In this document: piece after piece, positions 22,700 through 31,967 of the stretch
Position numbering within the stretch: the first letter of the stretch is position 1
Layout: each line of letters begins with the position of its first letter
Assembly (NCBI GenBank): GCA_963714015.1
Contig: OY970223.1
Coordinates: 1,024,001 to 1,088,000, forward strand
Direction of reading: 5' to 3'
DNA length: 64,000 bases
DNA from: Vulcanimicrobiota bacterium
Lineage (GTDB): Bacteria; Vulcanimicrobiota; Vulcanimicrobiia; Vulcanimicrobiales; Vulcanimicrobiaceae
Program-made: the position numbers and the translations under genes
Notes under the pieces: model-generated
What the model saw: only the letters and a program-made list of their open reading frames with translations
What the model was told of the DNA's origin: nothing
The model's database searches: none

Positions 22700-25600
22700 T
22701 TACGGCCAGTCCCCGTTTGCTGCCGCGGCGATTGCGCGCACTGCAGTAAGGCGCCCAAACGCCTCCCGGGCGCGCTCGTCCGCGACGGCATCGACCTGGG
22801 CTTGCACGTGCCCCTCGGCCTTGGCGAGAGCTTCGGCCGCCTTTGCGTCGTCACCGTACGCATGATAGACGCGTGCTGCTGCCCAAAAACAGTAATGCGG
22901 CCAAACGGTATTTTCGCCGGAAGCATCGGCGGACCGCATGATGTCATCGGCCGTTTGCTCCGCAGCCGCATTACCGGCCTTCAACTGTGCCAGCGCTAAA
23001 TCGCCGAGTTCTTCGAACGTCGCCGGCCGTCCGAGCCGTTCGCGGATTGCAAGGGCATCGTTCATATGCGCAAGGGCCGCATCCAGCTCGCCGAGTTCGC
23101 GCTCGGCATTTCCCAGATTCGCGAGCGCGCCGGCTTCGATTACGGAGTTGCTAATCTCCCGGGCGGCTTGCAGCGCGTCCATGCCGATCTGCTTGGCTTC
23201 ATCCGGCGCTTGCTGCAGCAGGCGCACCATGCTCAAGTTCGTCAGCGCCGCTGCACGGCCGCGCGGATCGTCGAATGCTTCGAAAATCTCGAGCGCAGCG
23301 GTCAACGACGATTGGGCATCTTCCAGCAGGCCGCGCAGCATTTGGCTCCCGGTTTGATTGAAGAGCAAATATCCGAGCTGCAGTCGATTGCCTAGGGTGC
23401 GGTGGATGCTCGCGGCGGAGCGGAACTCGCGCTCGGCATCCTCAAAGCGCAGCTGGAACGAGAGGGCAGAAGCAACGCGCGCGCCGGCTTCCGCCTCGCC
23501 TTCACGATCGCCGATCTCGCGGTAACGCTGCTGCGCCTCTTGGGCATCGGTGACCGCTCTTGCAAAGTCGCGGCGCATAATGGCCATACCAGCGGATGCC
23601 ATTGCTACACGCGCCATCAGCACCGGATTGGCGCTCTCCTCGGCTCGACGGCGCGCCTGCAAAAGCATCTCTTCTGCGCGGACCGCCTCGCCGCGATTTA
23701 CGGCGATTTCGGAAAGCAGGCTGAGTGCTTCCACTTCACCACCGGCATCGCTCAACTCACGATCCACCGCGAGCGCTTCGCCGGCTGCGGCCTCCGCCTC
23801 CGCATAATGGCTGCGCAGCAAGAGGTTCTTGGCGGTCGCGCGCCCGCCCACGGCCTGGCGCGAACGATCGCCCGCGGTACGAACTCGCCGGATGAAGTCG
23901 TCCAAATAGCGAGCCTCTTCGGCAAGATCTCCCAGTACACGCGCTAACTGCGCGCGACGCCATGCCGCGTCCGCCCGGTCGTCGTCATTGCGCACGAGCG
24001 CTTCGAGCTCCTCGATGTCTGCGCGCTGCGCATCGCGTTCTCCCAGCCGCCCAAGAATTCGTTCGCGTAATCCAAGGAGCGCCCGCCGGATATCGGGCTC
24101 GCTTGCAAGTTCGAGGCCTCGCGTCGCACTCGCAAGCGCTTCCGGGTTCGCGAACAGCGCAAAATTTCGTTCCGCCGAAGAAAGATAGTACTCTGCGGCC
24201 TTTTGAGGTTCGCCGCCTTTATCGTAATGATGCGCCAAGTTTCCGGCGGCTTGTCCGCGATCCGGCGTCACTCGCTCGATGGCAACGGCGACGCGCCGAT
24301 GCCAGCGGGGGCGCCGCGCCGGTTCGATTTGTTCGTACATAGCGGACGCGACGAGATGATGACTAAAGGCAAAGGCAAAATGCACGCGTCCGACTTCTCG
24401 AACAAGGTTGCGTCCGAGCAATTCGCGCACGCCGTCCAATACCGTATCCTCGGGCAAGCCGGAAATTTCGCGAATCAAATCCGCATCGAAAGTCGCGCCG
24501 ATCACGCTGGCGACCTCCCCGATTTCCCGCGCCGTTTGAGAGACGCGATTGGTGCGAACTGCGATCATCGCTTGCAAAAAACGCGACGACGTCTCACGGA
24601 TACCGGATTCTGCGCTTTCACGAAGCAGCTCGACCGCGAAGAGGGGGTTTCCGCCGCTTACGGCGTGTACGTGCGCGCCCACGGTCTCCGCATCGCCGGC
24701 CAGTTCCGGTAGACTCCGCGCCAAATTGCAGACGGCTTCGTTCGAGAGACCGCCAAGCGAGACGTGATCCGCGACGTTTTCGAGTTGGAGCTTGCGCCGC
24801 AGCGGCTGGACGGTTCGAGTAGCGTCGTCACCCTCGTTGCGGTACGTCGCAAGGATCAATGCCGGAAATGCCGCAACCCGCCGCGCCAGGTATTCGAACG
24901 ACGTCAACGTCGCTTCGCCGGCCCACTGCAGATCTTCCAAGATGAGCAGCAACGGACGCTGCCGGGAGAGTCCCTGCAGCACCGCGGCCAAACTCTCGAG
25001 GAGTCTCGATCGTTCGCGAGCTGCGTCGATCACGGCGAGCACCGGTAAGTCGCTGCGCCGCAGTGCAAGTTCGGGAACCAATGCTGCTACGCTGGCAAGC
25101 CAAACCGGTCGAACGTCGGCTACGGCCAAGAGTGGAAGCGCGTCTCGAAGTGCTTCCACAACCGGCTGATACGGCACTTGTTCGGGAGAAGAAGTGGTCC
25201 CGCGCAGAACGCGCCCGCCTTGCATGTTGACAAGGAGCGCCAGCTCGTTCGAAAGCCGCGTCTTACCGATGCCGGGCTCGCCCCCGATCAAGACCGCTTT
25301 GCCGTGACCTTGCGATGCGAGGCGCCACGCCTCCGCGAGACGTTCCAGTTCGTCGGAGCGACCGACGAATGGAAGAACCGATGCGACGGAGGTTGTATCG
25401 ATCGGCTCGTGCGCCGCCGCGTCGGGGAGTACGCCGCCGCGCAGAATCAGTGCTCGCAATGCGAGCGTCTCGGGCATCAACTCGACGCCCATCTCCGCCG
25501 CCAGCCGCCGCGCAAAGACGTCGATTTGGCGAAGCGCGCCGGCGCGATCGCCGCTTTCATATCGAACCGAAGCCAGTTGCCGCAACGCATCTTCGCGCCA

Positions 25601-26155
25601 TTGGTCGTTCTCCAAAATTCGGTCGGCGCAAGATAGCGCGGCGGCGAAATCGCGGCGACTGCGCGCGCGAAAGAGCAAACGTTCCAGCAGCGCAACGTAT
25701 TGACGCCGCAGACGCTCCCGAATCGGCGTTATCCAATCATCGTACACGGGCAGAGCGAGATCGCCGGCGTAAAGCTCGACGGCCTCGGACCAGCGCGATT
25801 CATCGACGACGCACCGCTCGAACTCGTCAACGTCTATCCAGACGCCGGCGTCCTCATTCCACGAGAGCGACTCTTCTTTGGAGATTACGTACGGCACCGG
25901 CGAGGGCGGCAGCGCGCTCGTGACCTGATACAGGTAGCGGCGCAGTTTGCCGCGGGCCTCGGCTTCGCTGTCGTCAGGCCAGAGGGAGAAGGCAACGAGG
26001 TCGCGCGTCAGATGCGCACCGCGATTGAGAACCAGAAAGGCGAGAAGCGGAAGCGCCCGGGGGCGGCTATGAAACGCGAAAGGCTGACCGCCGTACAGAA
26101 ACCGCGGCTGACCGAGTAAATGGATACGAAGCCCGGATTCGACAGCAACGTCCAT
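22700..26155 (-). CDS. SARP/BTAD + AAA (STAND-like) ATPase + TPR transcriptional regulator
   Basis: LRIHLLG N-terminal wHTH, BTAD (WREDALRQL), FVGRSDEL, Walker A GEPGIGKT, LEDLQWA, GGNPLF, TPR-like repeats. An alternative start exists at 26203. Confidence 0.88.
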   Translation of the reverse strand: MDVAVESGLRIHLLGQPRFLYGGQPFAFHSRPRALPLLAFLVLNRGAHLTRDLVAFSLWPDDSEAEARGKLRRYLYQVTSALPPSPVPYVISKEESLSWNEDAGVWIDVDEFERCVVDESRWSEAVELYAGDLALPVYDDWITPIRERLRRQYVALLERLLFRARSRRDFAAALSCADRILENDQWREDALRQLASVRYESGDRAGALRQIDVFARRLAAEMGVELMPETLALRALILRGGVLPDAAAHEPIDTTSVASVLPFVGRSDELERLAEAWRLASQGHGKAVLIGGEPGIGKTRLSNELALLVNMQGGRVLRGTTSSPEQVPYQPVVEALRDALPLLAVADVRPVWLASVAALVPELALRRSDLPVLAVIDAARERSRLLESLAAVLQGLSRQRPLLLILEDLQWAGEATLTSFEYLARRVAAFPALILATYRNEGDDATRTVQPLRRKLQLENVADHVSLGGLSNEAVCNLARSLPELAGDAETVGAHVHAVSGGNPLFAVELLRESAESGIRETSSRFLQAMIAVRTNRVSQTAREIGEVASVIGATFDADLIREISGLPEDTVLDGVRELLGRNLVREVGRVHFAFAFSHHLVASAMYEQIEPARRPRWHRRVAVAIERVTPDRGQAAGNLAHHYDKGGEPQKAAEYYLSSAERNFALFANPEALASATRGLELASEPDIRRALLGLRERILGRLGERDAQRADIEELEALVRNDDDRADAAWRRAQLARVLGDLAEEARYLDDFIRRVRTAGDRSRQAVGGRATAKNLLLRSHYAEAEAAAGEALAVDRELSDAGGEVEALSLLSEIAVNRGEAVRAEEMLLQARRRAEESANPVLMARVAMASAGMAIMRRDFARAVTDAQEAQQRYREIGDREGEAEAGARVASALSFQLRFEDAEREFRSAASIHRTLGNRLQLGYLLFNQTGSQMLRGLLEDAQSSLTAALEIFEAFDDPRGRAAALTNLSMVRLLQQAPDEAKQIGMDALQAAREISNSVIEAGALANLGNAERELGELDAALAHMNDALAIRERLGRPATFEELGDLALAQLKAGNAAAEQTADDIMRSADASGENTVWPHYCFWAAARVYHAYGDDAKAAEALAKAEGHVQAQVDAVADERAREAFGRLTAVRAIAAAANGDWP

Positions 26156-26268
26156 GCGTGACTCCCGCGTGTCCCATTCGGCCGATAAGGCAGCGTTCGC
26201 CATTTCCGCGAAAATGCCTTAAGATAGAAGAAGGTCCCCGGTCTGCCACGCAAGGCAGGAGGTGCAGC

Positions 26269-26565
26269 ATGCTTTGGGATCGGCATCGCCACGTTCAAGC
26301 CTGCAAGTTCGCCTACTTTTTGAGCGGCCTCATTTTTGCCGCGCTCGGCGATTGGTGGTACGAAAGCACGAGACTTGCTGCGTGGTACTGGGGCGATACG
26401 CTCCTCGCGTTCAGCGCCATTGCCTTTGCGTGCGCGTTCATGATCGCCGCCAGTAAGCACTTGGACGAGTACCTCGAGGAGATACAGGAACACCCGTTCG
26501 GCGGCCCGCAAAACACGGCGGGAGAGTACGGGTCTGGTGGCCCGCACGGTCTTCAAAACCGCTGA
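26269..26565 (+). CDS. Small two-TM membrane protein overlapping the 5' half of tRNA-Sec
   Basis: AGGAGG RBS before ATG 26269; two hydrophobic segments; stop TGA 26563-26565 lies inside the tRNA. Confidence 0.55.
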   Translation: MLWDRHRHVQACKFAYFLSGLIFAALGDWWYESTRLAAWYWGDTLLAFSAIAFACAFMIAASKHLDEYLEEIQEHPFGGPQNTAGEYGSGGPHGLQNR

Positions 26566-26613
26566 GGCCGGGGCAACTCGGCTGGTAGGTTCGATTCCTA
26601 CACTTTCCCGCCA
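26520..26613 (+). tRNA. selC: tRNA-Sec (anticodon UCA)
   Basis: 8-bp acceptor stem GGGAGAGT/ACTTTCCC + G CCA, anticodon loop CTTCAAA, long variable arm, T-loop TTCGATT; selA and selB are in the window. Confidence 0.95.
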
Positions 26614-26614
26614 A
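26590..26614 (+). repeat. attL-like direct repeat (3' end of tRNA-Sec)
   Basis: TTCGATTCCTACACTTTCCCGCCAA, 24/25 identical to 31820..31844. Confidence 0.9.
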
Positions 26615-26643
26615 AGGGCCGAACCGATCTGTATACGGATTCT

Positions 26644-26990
26644 TCACGCTTGTTCCGGATCGGATTCAGAAGGCACGGCCTCTCCAGCTGCTTCGTTAGC
26701 CGGGGCCTGCGGCGGAGGAGGTGCAGGCGGACCGAACCGCACCTCAAACACGATGAGCTGTTCTTTCATCCACATGCCGCGCGCAACGACCATCGCCGGG
26801 AAACCATGTTGCCCGGCGGTTGGAACCATCGCTTTGACATCGATCCCCAGGTCCTTGAGGTCCTCGCGGATTCGATCGGTCTGTTTCGTGATCGTCGGAA
26901 GCGCCGCCGGGTCGTAACACGCTAGCACGACCGCGTCCGGCTTGATGGGCGGACGCCCTGGCTGAAACGCCCGCGAACGTGAGCGACAAG
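26644..26990 (-). pseudogene. 5'-truncated hypothetical gene fragment
   Basis: Protein-like frame PDAVVLACYDPAALPTI...VFEVRFGPPAPPPP, bounded upstream by a TAG and with no convincing RBS/start. Confidence 0.4.
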
Positions 26991-27131
26991 CTATACGCGG
27001 ACTTGCGCCGTTACTTTTCCGAACAGCAGCTCATCGAACTCGCCGCCGCTGCGGGATTTGAAAACATGCGCGCTCGCTCGAATCGTGTGTTCAATGTCCG
27101 CAGCGATGGCTTGTCTTCCATTATGGAATAG
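26946..27131 (+). pseudogene. C-terminal half of an AhpD/carboxymuconolactone decarboxylase-family protein
   Basis: ADALAETPANVSDKLYADLRRYFSEQQLIELAAAAGFENMRARSNRVF; the N-terminal CxxC half is absent. Confidence 0.65.
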
Positions 27132-27292
27132 CGCGATGGCGCTAAGCCCAGGGAATGCGAACGGTAGCGATTTACGTCCTGCCGGCATGCGACGATCGGG
27201 GCGGTGCACGGCGGCATCACGGCCCGAACGCCGTACATGTTGTCGTCGCGGGCCCCTAAGGCATCCAAGCCACGCGTGAAGAATACCGCTCC

Positions 27293-28955
27293 ATGCGCTT
27301 TCTAGCCGCGGCCCTTTGCGTCGTAGCGTTAGCCGCATTTCTGGTCGACGCCACCGGGCTAAATCCGGGCGTCACGACCGGCATGCAGCTCGGCCGCGAT
27401 AATCGTGTTGCGCAGGTCCCGCCGCGCTCGCCTGCGGATCGGGCTGGTTTTCGCGCCGGCGATCTTGTCAGATTCGACCGCATGCCGCTCCTGGAGCGGA
27501 TCGCTCTGGATCGGCCGATCGTCGGCCGCCCTATCCTCGTCGTCATTCAGCGCGGCACGCAGCTCACCACCGTTTCCCTCGTAGCCGTCCCCGTTGCGTT
27601 TTGGGATACGCCTACCGCACTAGTCTGGCTTCTGGCATTACTCTATGCGGCGATGGCGTTGCTCGTCGCATGGCGCGCGCCGCCCGGACGTCAGCGCGGC
27701 GTCATCATCGCCATTCTCGTCTCGCTGTCGTTTGCATGGTCGATTCAAAAGATCGCGCTTGCGGTACCGTCAATCGCCGTGCATTTCGCCGGCAGGCTCC
27801 TGACCGACGCATGCATCGTTGTGTTTTTGACAGACTGCGTATCTGTTCGTGCTTTGGTTCCCACCGAGATCGTCGCCTGCGCTGCCGTGGCTGTGGCGCA
27901 TCGGACTTCCGGCTTCGATTTGTTCGGCACTCGCGTACTTTGCCCTCAACCTTAACGATCTCGTCCACGTTCTTCCGTTGAATACTCACGTGTGGGGCGA
28001 CGTGCTGACGTTCGCGGCTTCCGCCGCCATGATCGTCGGCGTTCTGGACGGCGTACTTAACGGCGGAGCAGCGTATCGCACGCGCGCAATCGTAGCCGGC
28101 AGTTCACTTGTGGCTCTGGCCCTTTGCAACGCGTTTTTCGCGCTTAGCGATCTCACGCGAGTATACTTTTCCTGGTCTGCCTATCTGGACTTACTGCAAT
28201 GGGCCAGCGGCTTCGGCGTGTCTTACGCGGTGCTGCGCCACCGCTTGCTGGATCTGAATCTGGTCATCTCGCGCGCTGCCATTTTTTCCGTTGTCTCGCT
28301 GCTGCTGCTCGGCATCTTCGCCCTCGTAGAATGGATGTTCGCCGGCATCCTCGAGCAAACGCTCGGCGCCGCCTTCGGCGAAGGCGCCAAAACGGCGCTC
28401 GCCGCCGGCGTCGCGTTATTCGTGGGGCTTTCCGCGCGCTCGGTGCATCGTGTTGTGGAACATCGCCTGAATCGTGTTTTCTTCGCCAAACGCTACCGCG
28501 CGCTCCAAGATCTGCACCGTTTCGCGCTCGAAACGGATGCAGCGACAGACTCGAGTGCATTGCTCGACCTCACGCTTTCTTCGATGCGCCGCAATCTCGA
28601 TGCACAATTTGTGGCGCTCTACACCGGAAAGCCCGTCACGGGTTACGTCGCAGCCGGCACGACTGCCGCCGATTTGCCGTTGCGTTTCGACCCGAACGAA
28701 GAAGTCGTCTTGCGTCTGCGGCGCTGGGGCGAAGCGTTCGTGGTCGACAACAATGTGGCGCATCCGCTCGCGCACGCGTACGTTGCGCCGATGATGCTGC
28801 GCGGCACATTGTACGGCTTTGCGATCTGCGGCCCGAAAGTCGACCGCACGAGCTACCTCCCTGACGAGCGAGAAACGCTTGCTGAACTCGTGCACCGTGT
28901 GGGCATTGCGTACGAGTGGCTGACGCGTCCGGCGGAAAGCGGCGTACCGCGTTGA
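27293..28955 (+). CDS. PDZ + multi-TM + GAF-like membrane protein with no output domain (frameshift near 27835)
   Basis: PRSPADRAGFRAGD (PDZ-like), multiple TM helices, YAVLRHRLLDLNLVISRA, terminal GAF-like PMMLRGTLYGFAICGPK. Confidence 0.75.
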
Positions 28956-29435
28956 AGCAGCGCGGCCGAAGCGATTGCCATCTAAGCTTCGAAGCCGCGG
29001 GCGGTGCTTTTTTTTAAACGCTTCCGCGGAGTCCACGACCAAACACCGCCGGCGATCGGCCCATTTTCGGGGATAACAGGATATGCAGCGTGGCTGCGCG
29101 ACCGCCCTCGGGCAATGTGCCTCATCGTGATCGGCGCTCATGTGGGCGATTTACGCAAAGACGAACAATTACTGGCTGTCGTGCGCGATGCTGCGGCGCA
29201 CGCCGCTTCACAACCGTCGCATCAAGCTGTCTTCACGGAAAAATCTCAACAAGAGATGCAATCGAAATTTGGATTCTCATCCCGATCGCATAGCAAAAGG
29301 CTGCATCATTCGGTGAGAAGCAGCGCAGGCGATTCGTCAACACTGGCCGCGTCCATTGGCGTTCTGCGCTTACCGAGTAATTTGGCTTCAAAACGGTTGC
29401 AGTTTGAGGCGCCCGCAGCTAATCCTTAGTGACCT

Positions 29436-29477
29436 TCGGTGGCTAAAAGACCCGATATTTCCTATCTTCCGTGACCG
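29436..29477 (+). repeat. 42-bp imperfect direct repeat, copy 1
   Basis: 35/42 identical to 31747..31788; exact core ATATTTCCTATCTTCCG. Confidence 0.85.
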
Positions 29478-29485
29478 ATCCTAAC

Positions 29486-29596
29486 CTACCGGCGCCCTGT
29501 TATCTTTTCCGGCTTTACGGCCTTTTCGAGGTACGTATCTAGCGCCGTGGCCTTCTCGCACTTTTCGTCAGGGAGCAGGTGGACGTAGATGGCCAC
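29486..29596 (-). pseudogene. Tyrosine integrase C-terminal remnant
   Basis: VAIYVHLLPDEKCEKATALDTYL resembles the catalytic YxH plus terminal helix of phage-type integrases; it lies inside an att-bounded island. Confidence 0.55.
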
Positions 29597-29652
29597 CCGC
29601 TCATCCGGTCCATTAAGCTCAAGCAACGGGCTGCCGATGTGAACGTTTCGTC

Positions 29653-31395
29653 CTAAACGGGGGCGCTCCGCTTGGAAACCAACTCGAGTTCGAGCGATAG
29701 CCGCTGCATCTCAGCGCGGGTGCGAGCCGCCTCAATGTGATCGAACGCCCAGCCGGCGTTCTGCGAGAGGCCGGCCAGCATTTGTCGTTCGGCGGAATTG
29801 ATCGTTGCGCCGTTCGTGTGCGCCCCATAAAAAACGACGCCGAACAGATCGCCGCGTGCTTTGATCGGAATCGCGAGCAGCGGCGCTTCAATACCGCCGG
29901 GCAGCTCGGCGGTACGCCACCCAAGGCGCGTAATGGAAAGCGGTGCGCGCGTCGCGCGGAGCTGAGGAATTAGTTCGTCCGTACGGTCGATATGGTGCAA
30001 CTCTTTGGCGCTCCAGCCGGTGGATGATATGCGCGTGAGCGAGCCGTCATGTCCGGACGTGCAGAACAGTGCCGCGGATGCGAGATCGAGTGCGCGAACC
30101 GGCTCGTTCACCAAAAACACGGCAATGGGCTGCTCGGCATCGGCATATAGCATGGATTCTGCGACGTGATGCAAGTGTTTCTCCGCAAGGTGTTCCTTGC
30201 GAAAAAAAATGGCATCGATCAACGTATCGACGCGCTTGTGAAGCGCGTTCAGCGTAAAACCGAGGAGCACGGCGACCGCGATGCCGGAGTAGGCGGCCGC
30301 GGTGCTTCCTTCAAAGATACGCCCCGCTGCCCATTCGACGACCGCGAATATCGCGACGAGTATCGCAGTGATGGCGGCGTAGACGATTGCCCGGCTTACT
30401 GCAAAACGAACGTCGATCACGCGATATTGCGTCATAGCGTACAGCAGGCCCAGTCCGAGAAACACCGGCGAGAGCACCCACAACGGATACGCGATCGCGC
30501 TCGGAAGATATGCTTCGGCATGATACGCGTCGAGCGGGATCAATTGCGGCACCACCAATTGCAACGCAATTGCATACGCGATTGCCGAGACGACCCAGGC
30601 AATGCGCTGCTTGTGCGCGCTGCGCCCCGTGAAGTACGCTTCGATCAATACCGCAAGTGTCAACGCAGAGATCGCAAAGTCCCAAGCCAAATCCCACGCC
30701 GCGAGCTGCAATCCAGGCAGCCGGTTCAGCACTAGGTAGAGACTGACCGTGTGGGCCGCGCTCAACGCCACAGCGCCGGAGAAGCAGGCCAGGATCAGGC
30801 CGCGGTGCCAACTTCGATGCTCGTGCGCGAGAAACGTAACGGAGAAAAACAGCAGAGCGACCGGCATGAGCGGAGCAGTTGAAGTGTTCAACCAGTCGTG
30901 GAGAACGAAGAAAGGATATGGCCAGTACTGATTGTTGAGCGCGATCGTCTGCAGCCACGCAAAGGCCAAGAAAGCCCAGGTCGCGCGCTGCGGTCGAAGC
31001 ATAAGCAGTGTGCACGCGATAATTAACAAGATGATGCTGATGGGGCGTTTCACTGGGCTCCATAGGTCGATGGGTTGTGCCGTTTCACGCAGGACGACCG
31101 TCCTGGATCGCCCGGCGTGGTCGATGACGTACGGCAGTTCAGTTCCTGTAACTCTTCCGCTAAAAAGAGTGGCCATCGGCGTGCGTTGCCAATCGACGAT
31201 GTCGCCGGGAACGATACCGGCAAGCGCAGCCGAACTATTCGGTCTCACGGCGATGATCAGTCTACCGGACTCGATTTTCGTGGCTGCTTGTTCGGTTACG
31301 ATGCCGTCGTCGCCGCGATGCAGCATACCCCAAAGGGAAATAAGCACATAAATAATTCCCAGGAGCGTGATCAGCGCGGCTAAAGCGCGCTGCAT
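29653..31395 (-). CDS. PDZ + multi-TM + GAF-like membrane protein with no output domain
   Basis: VRPNSSAALAGIVPGD (PDZ-like), multiple TM helices, YAMTQYRVIDVRFAVSRAIVY, GAF-like PIKARGDLFGVVFYG. Start refined to ATG 31395. Confidence 0.8.
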   Translation of the reverse strand: MQRALAALITLLGIIYVLISLWGMLHRGDDGIVTEQAATKIESGRLIIAVRPNSSAALAGIVPGDIVDWQRTPMATLFSGRVTGTELPYVIDHAGRSRTVVLRETAQPIDLWSPVKRPISIILLIIACTLLMLRPQRATWAFLAFAWLQTIALNNQYWPYPFFVLHDWLNTSTAPLMPVALLFFSVTFLAHEHRSWHRGLILACFSGAVALSAAHTVSLYLVLNRLPGLQLAAWDLAWDFAISALTLAVLIEAYFTGRSAHKQRIAWVVSAIAYAIALQLVVPQLIPLDAYHAEAYLPSAIAYPLWVLSPVFLGLGLLYAMTQYRVIDVRFAVSRAIVYAAITAILVAIFAVVEWAAGRIFEGSTAAAYSGIAVAVLLGFTLNALHKRVDTLIDAIFFRKEHLAEKHLHHVAESMLYADAEQPIAVFLVNEPVRALDLASAALFCTSGHDGSLTRISSTGWSAKELHHIDRTDELIPQLRATRAPLSITRLGWRTAELPGGIEAPLLAIPIKARGDLFGVVFYGAHTNGATINSAERQMLAGLSQNAGWAFDHIEAARTRAEMQRLSLELELVSKRSAPV

Positions 31396-31746
31396 ATGCG
31401 TGTCCACGGCGTCCCTCCGCGCTTTAGGTTCGTGCCCCTGCGGGAGGCGGCCTCGCTGGGCCGCGGGCTGCTTCGGAAGGCCAGCGTTCTCGGCGCTTGT
31501 GGGGTCTGTTAGCTCGGATCCCACCCGGTATTGGTATATCCCGCACCTGACGGGTTCACGCTCGCGGCTTGACGCTGAACTAGATCTACCGGTCGTTCTA
31601 GGTGCGATGCACTAGCTCCAAACGAGTGAGTCACTGCAGACATCGGGTTAGTTTGAGGGGTGTCCGTGGCACCGCTTGGCACGGACTGGAACAACCCGCG
31701 GCGGTCGCGGCAGCAGTGTACTAGGCCGCCTAACCGCTAGTAGCCG

Positions 31747-31788
31747 TCGATGGTCAAAACACCCAATATTTCCTATCTTCCGCGGCCG
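31747..31788 (+). repeat. 42-bp imperfect direct repeat, copy 2
   Basis: Matches 29436..29477; ends 31 bp before attR. Confidence 0.85.
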
Positions 31789-31819
31789 CTGCTACGCACG
31801 GCACCCTCTGGGGTGCTTA

Positions 31820-31844
31820 TTCGATTCCTACACTTTCCGGCCAA
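31820..31844 (+). repeat. attR-like copy of the tRNA-Sec 3' end
   Basis: TTCGATTCCTACACTTTCCGGCCAA, one mismatch to the selC 3' end. Confidence 0.9.
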
Positions 31845-31967
31845 TTTTCAAGAACGGTTGATCCCTCGGGCGTTTTTCTCCGTTCTTATCGATGCGTGGA
31901 AACGCACCTGAACGCTTCCGTGCAAATCCATCGACACAGACCGCCTGCAGCAGTCTCTGAGGGCGTT

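Larger units (their letters stand above)
26614..31844. mobile_element. Degenerate genomic island integrated at selC
   Basis: Flanked by duplicated tRNA-Sec 3' ends; contains an integrase-like C-terminal remnant, gene fragments and two receptor-like genes. Confidence 0.8.

Noticed and set aside
26943..26945. In-frame TGA before the AhpD/CMD fragment as a Sec codon
   Set aside because: The upstream codons show no AhpD similarity and the position does not correspond to the CxxC/U motif.
29004..29429. 141-aa ORF between the two receptor genes
   Set aside because: No RBS, no recognisable motif and atypical composition; probably decayed island DNA.
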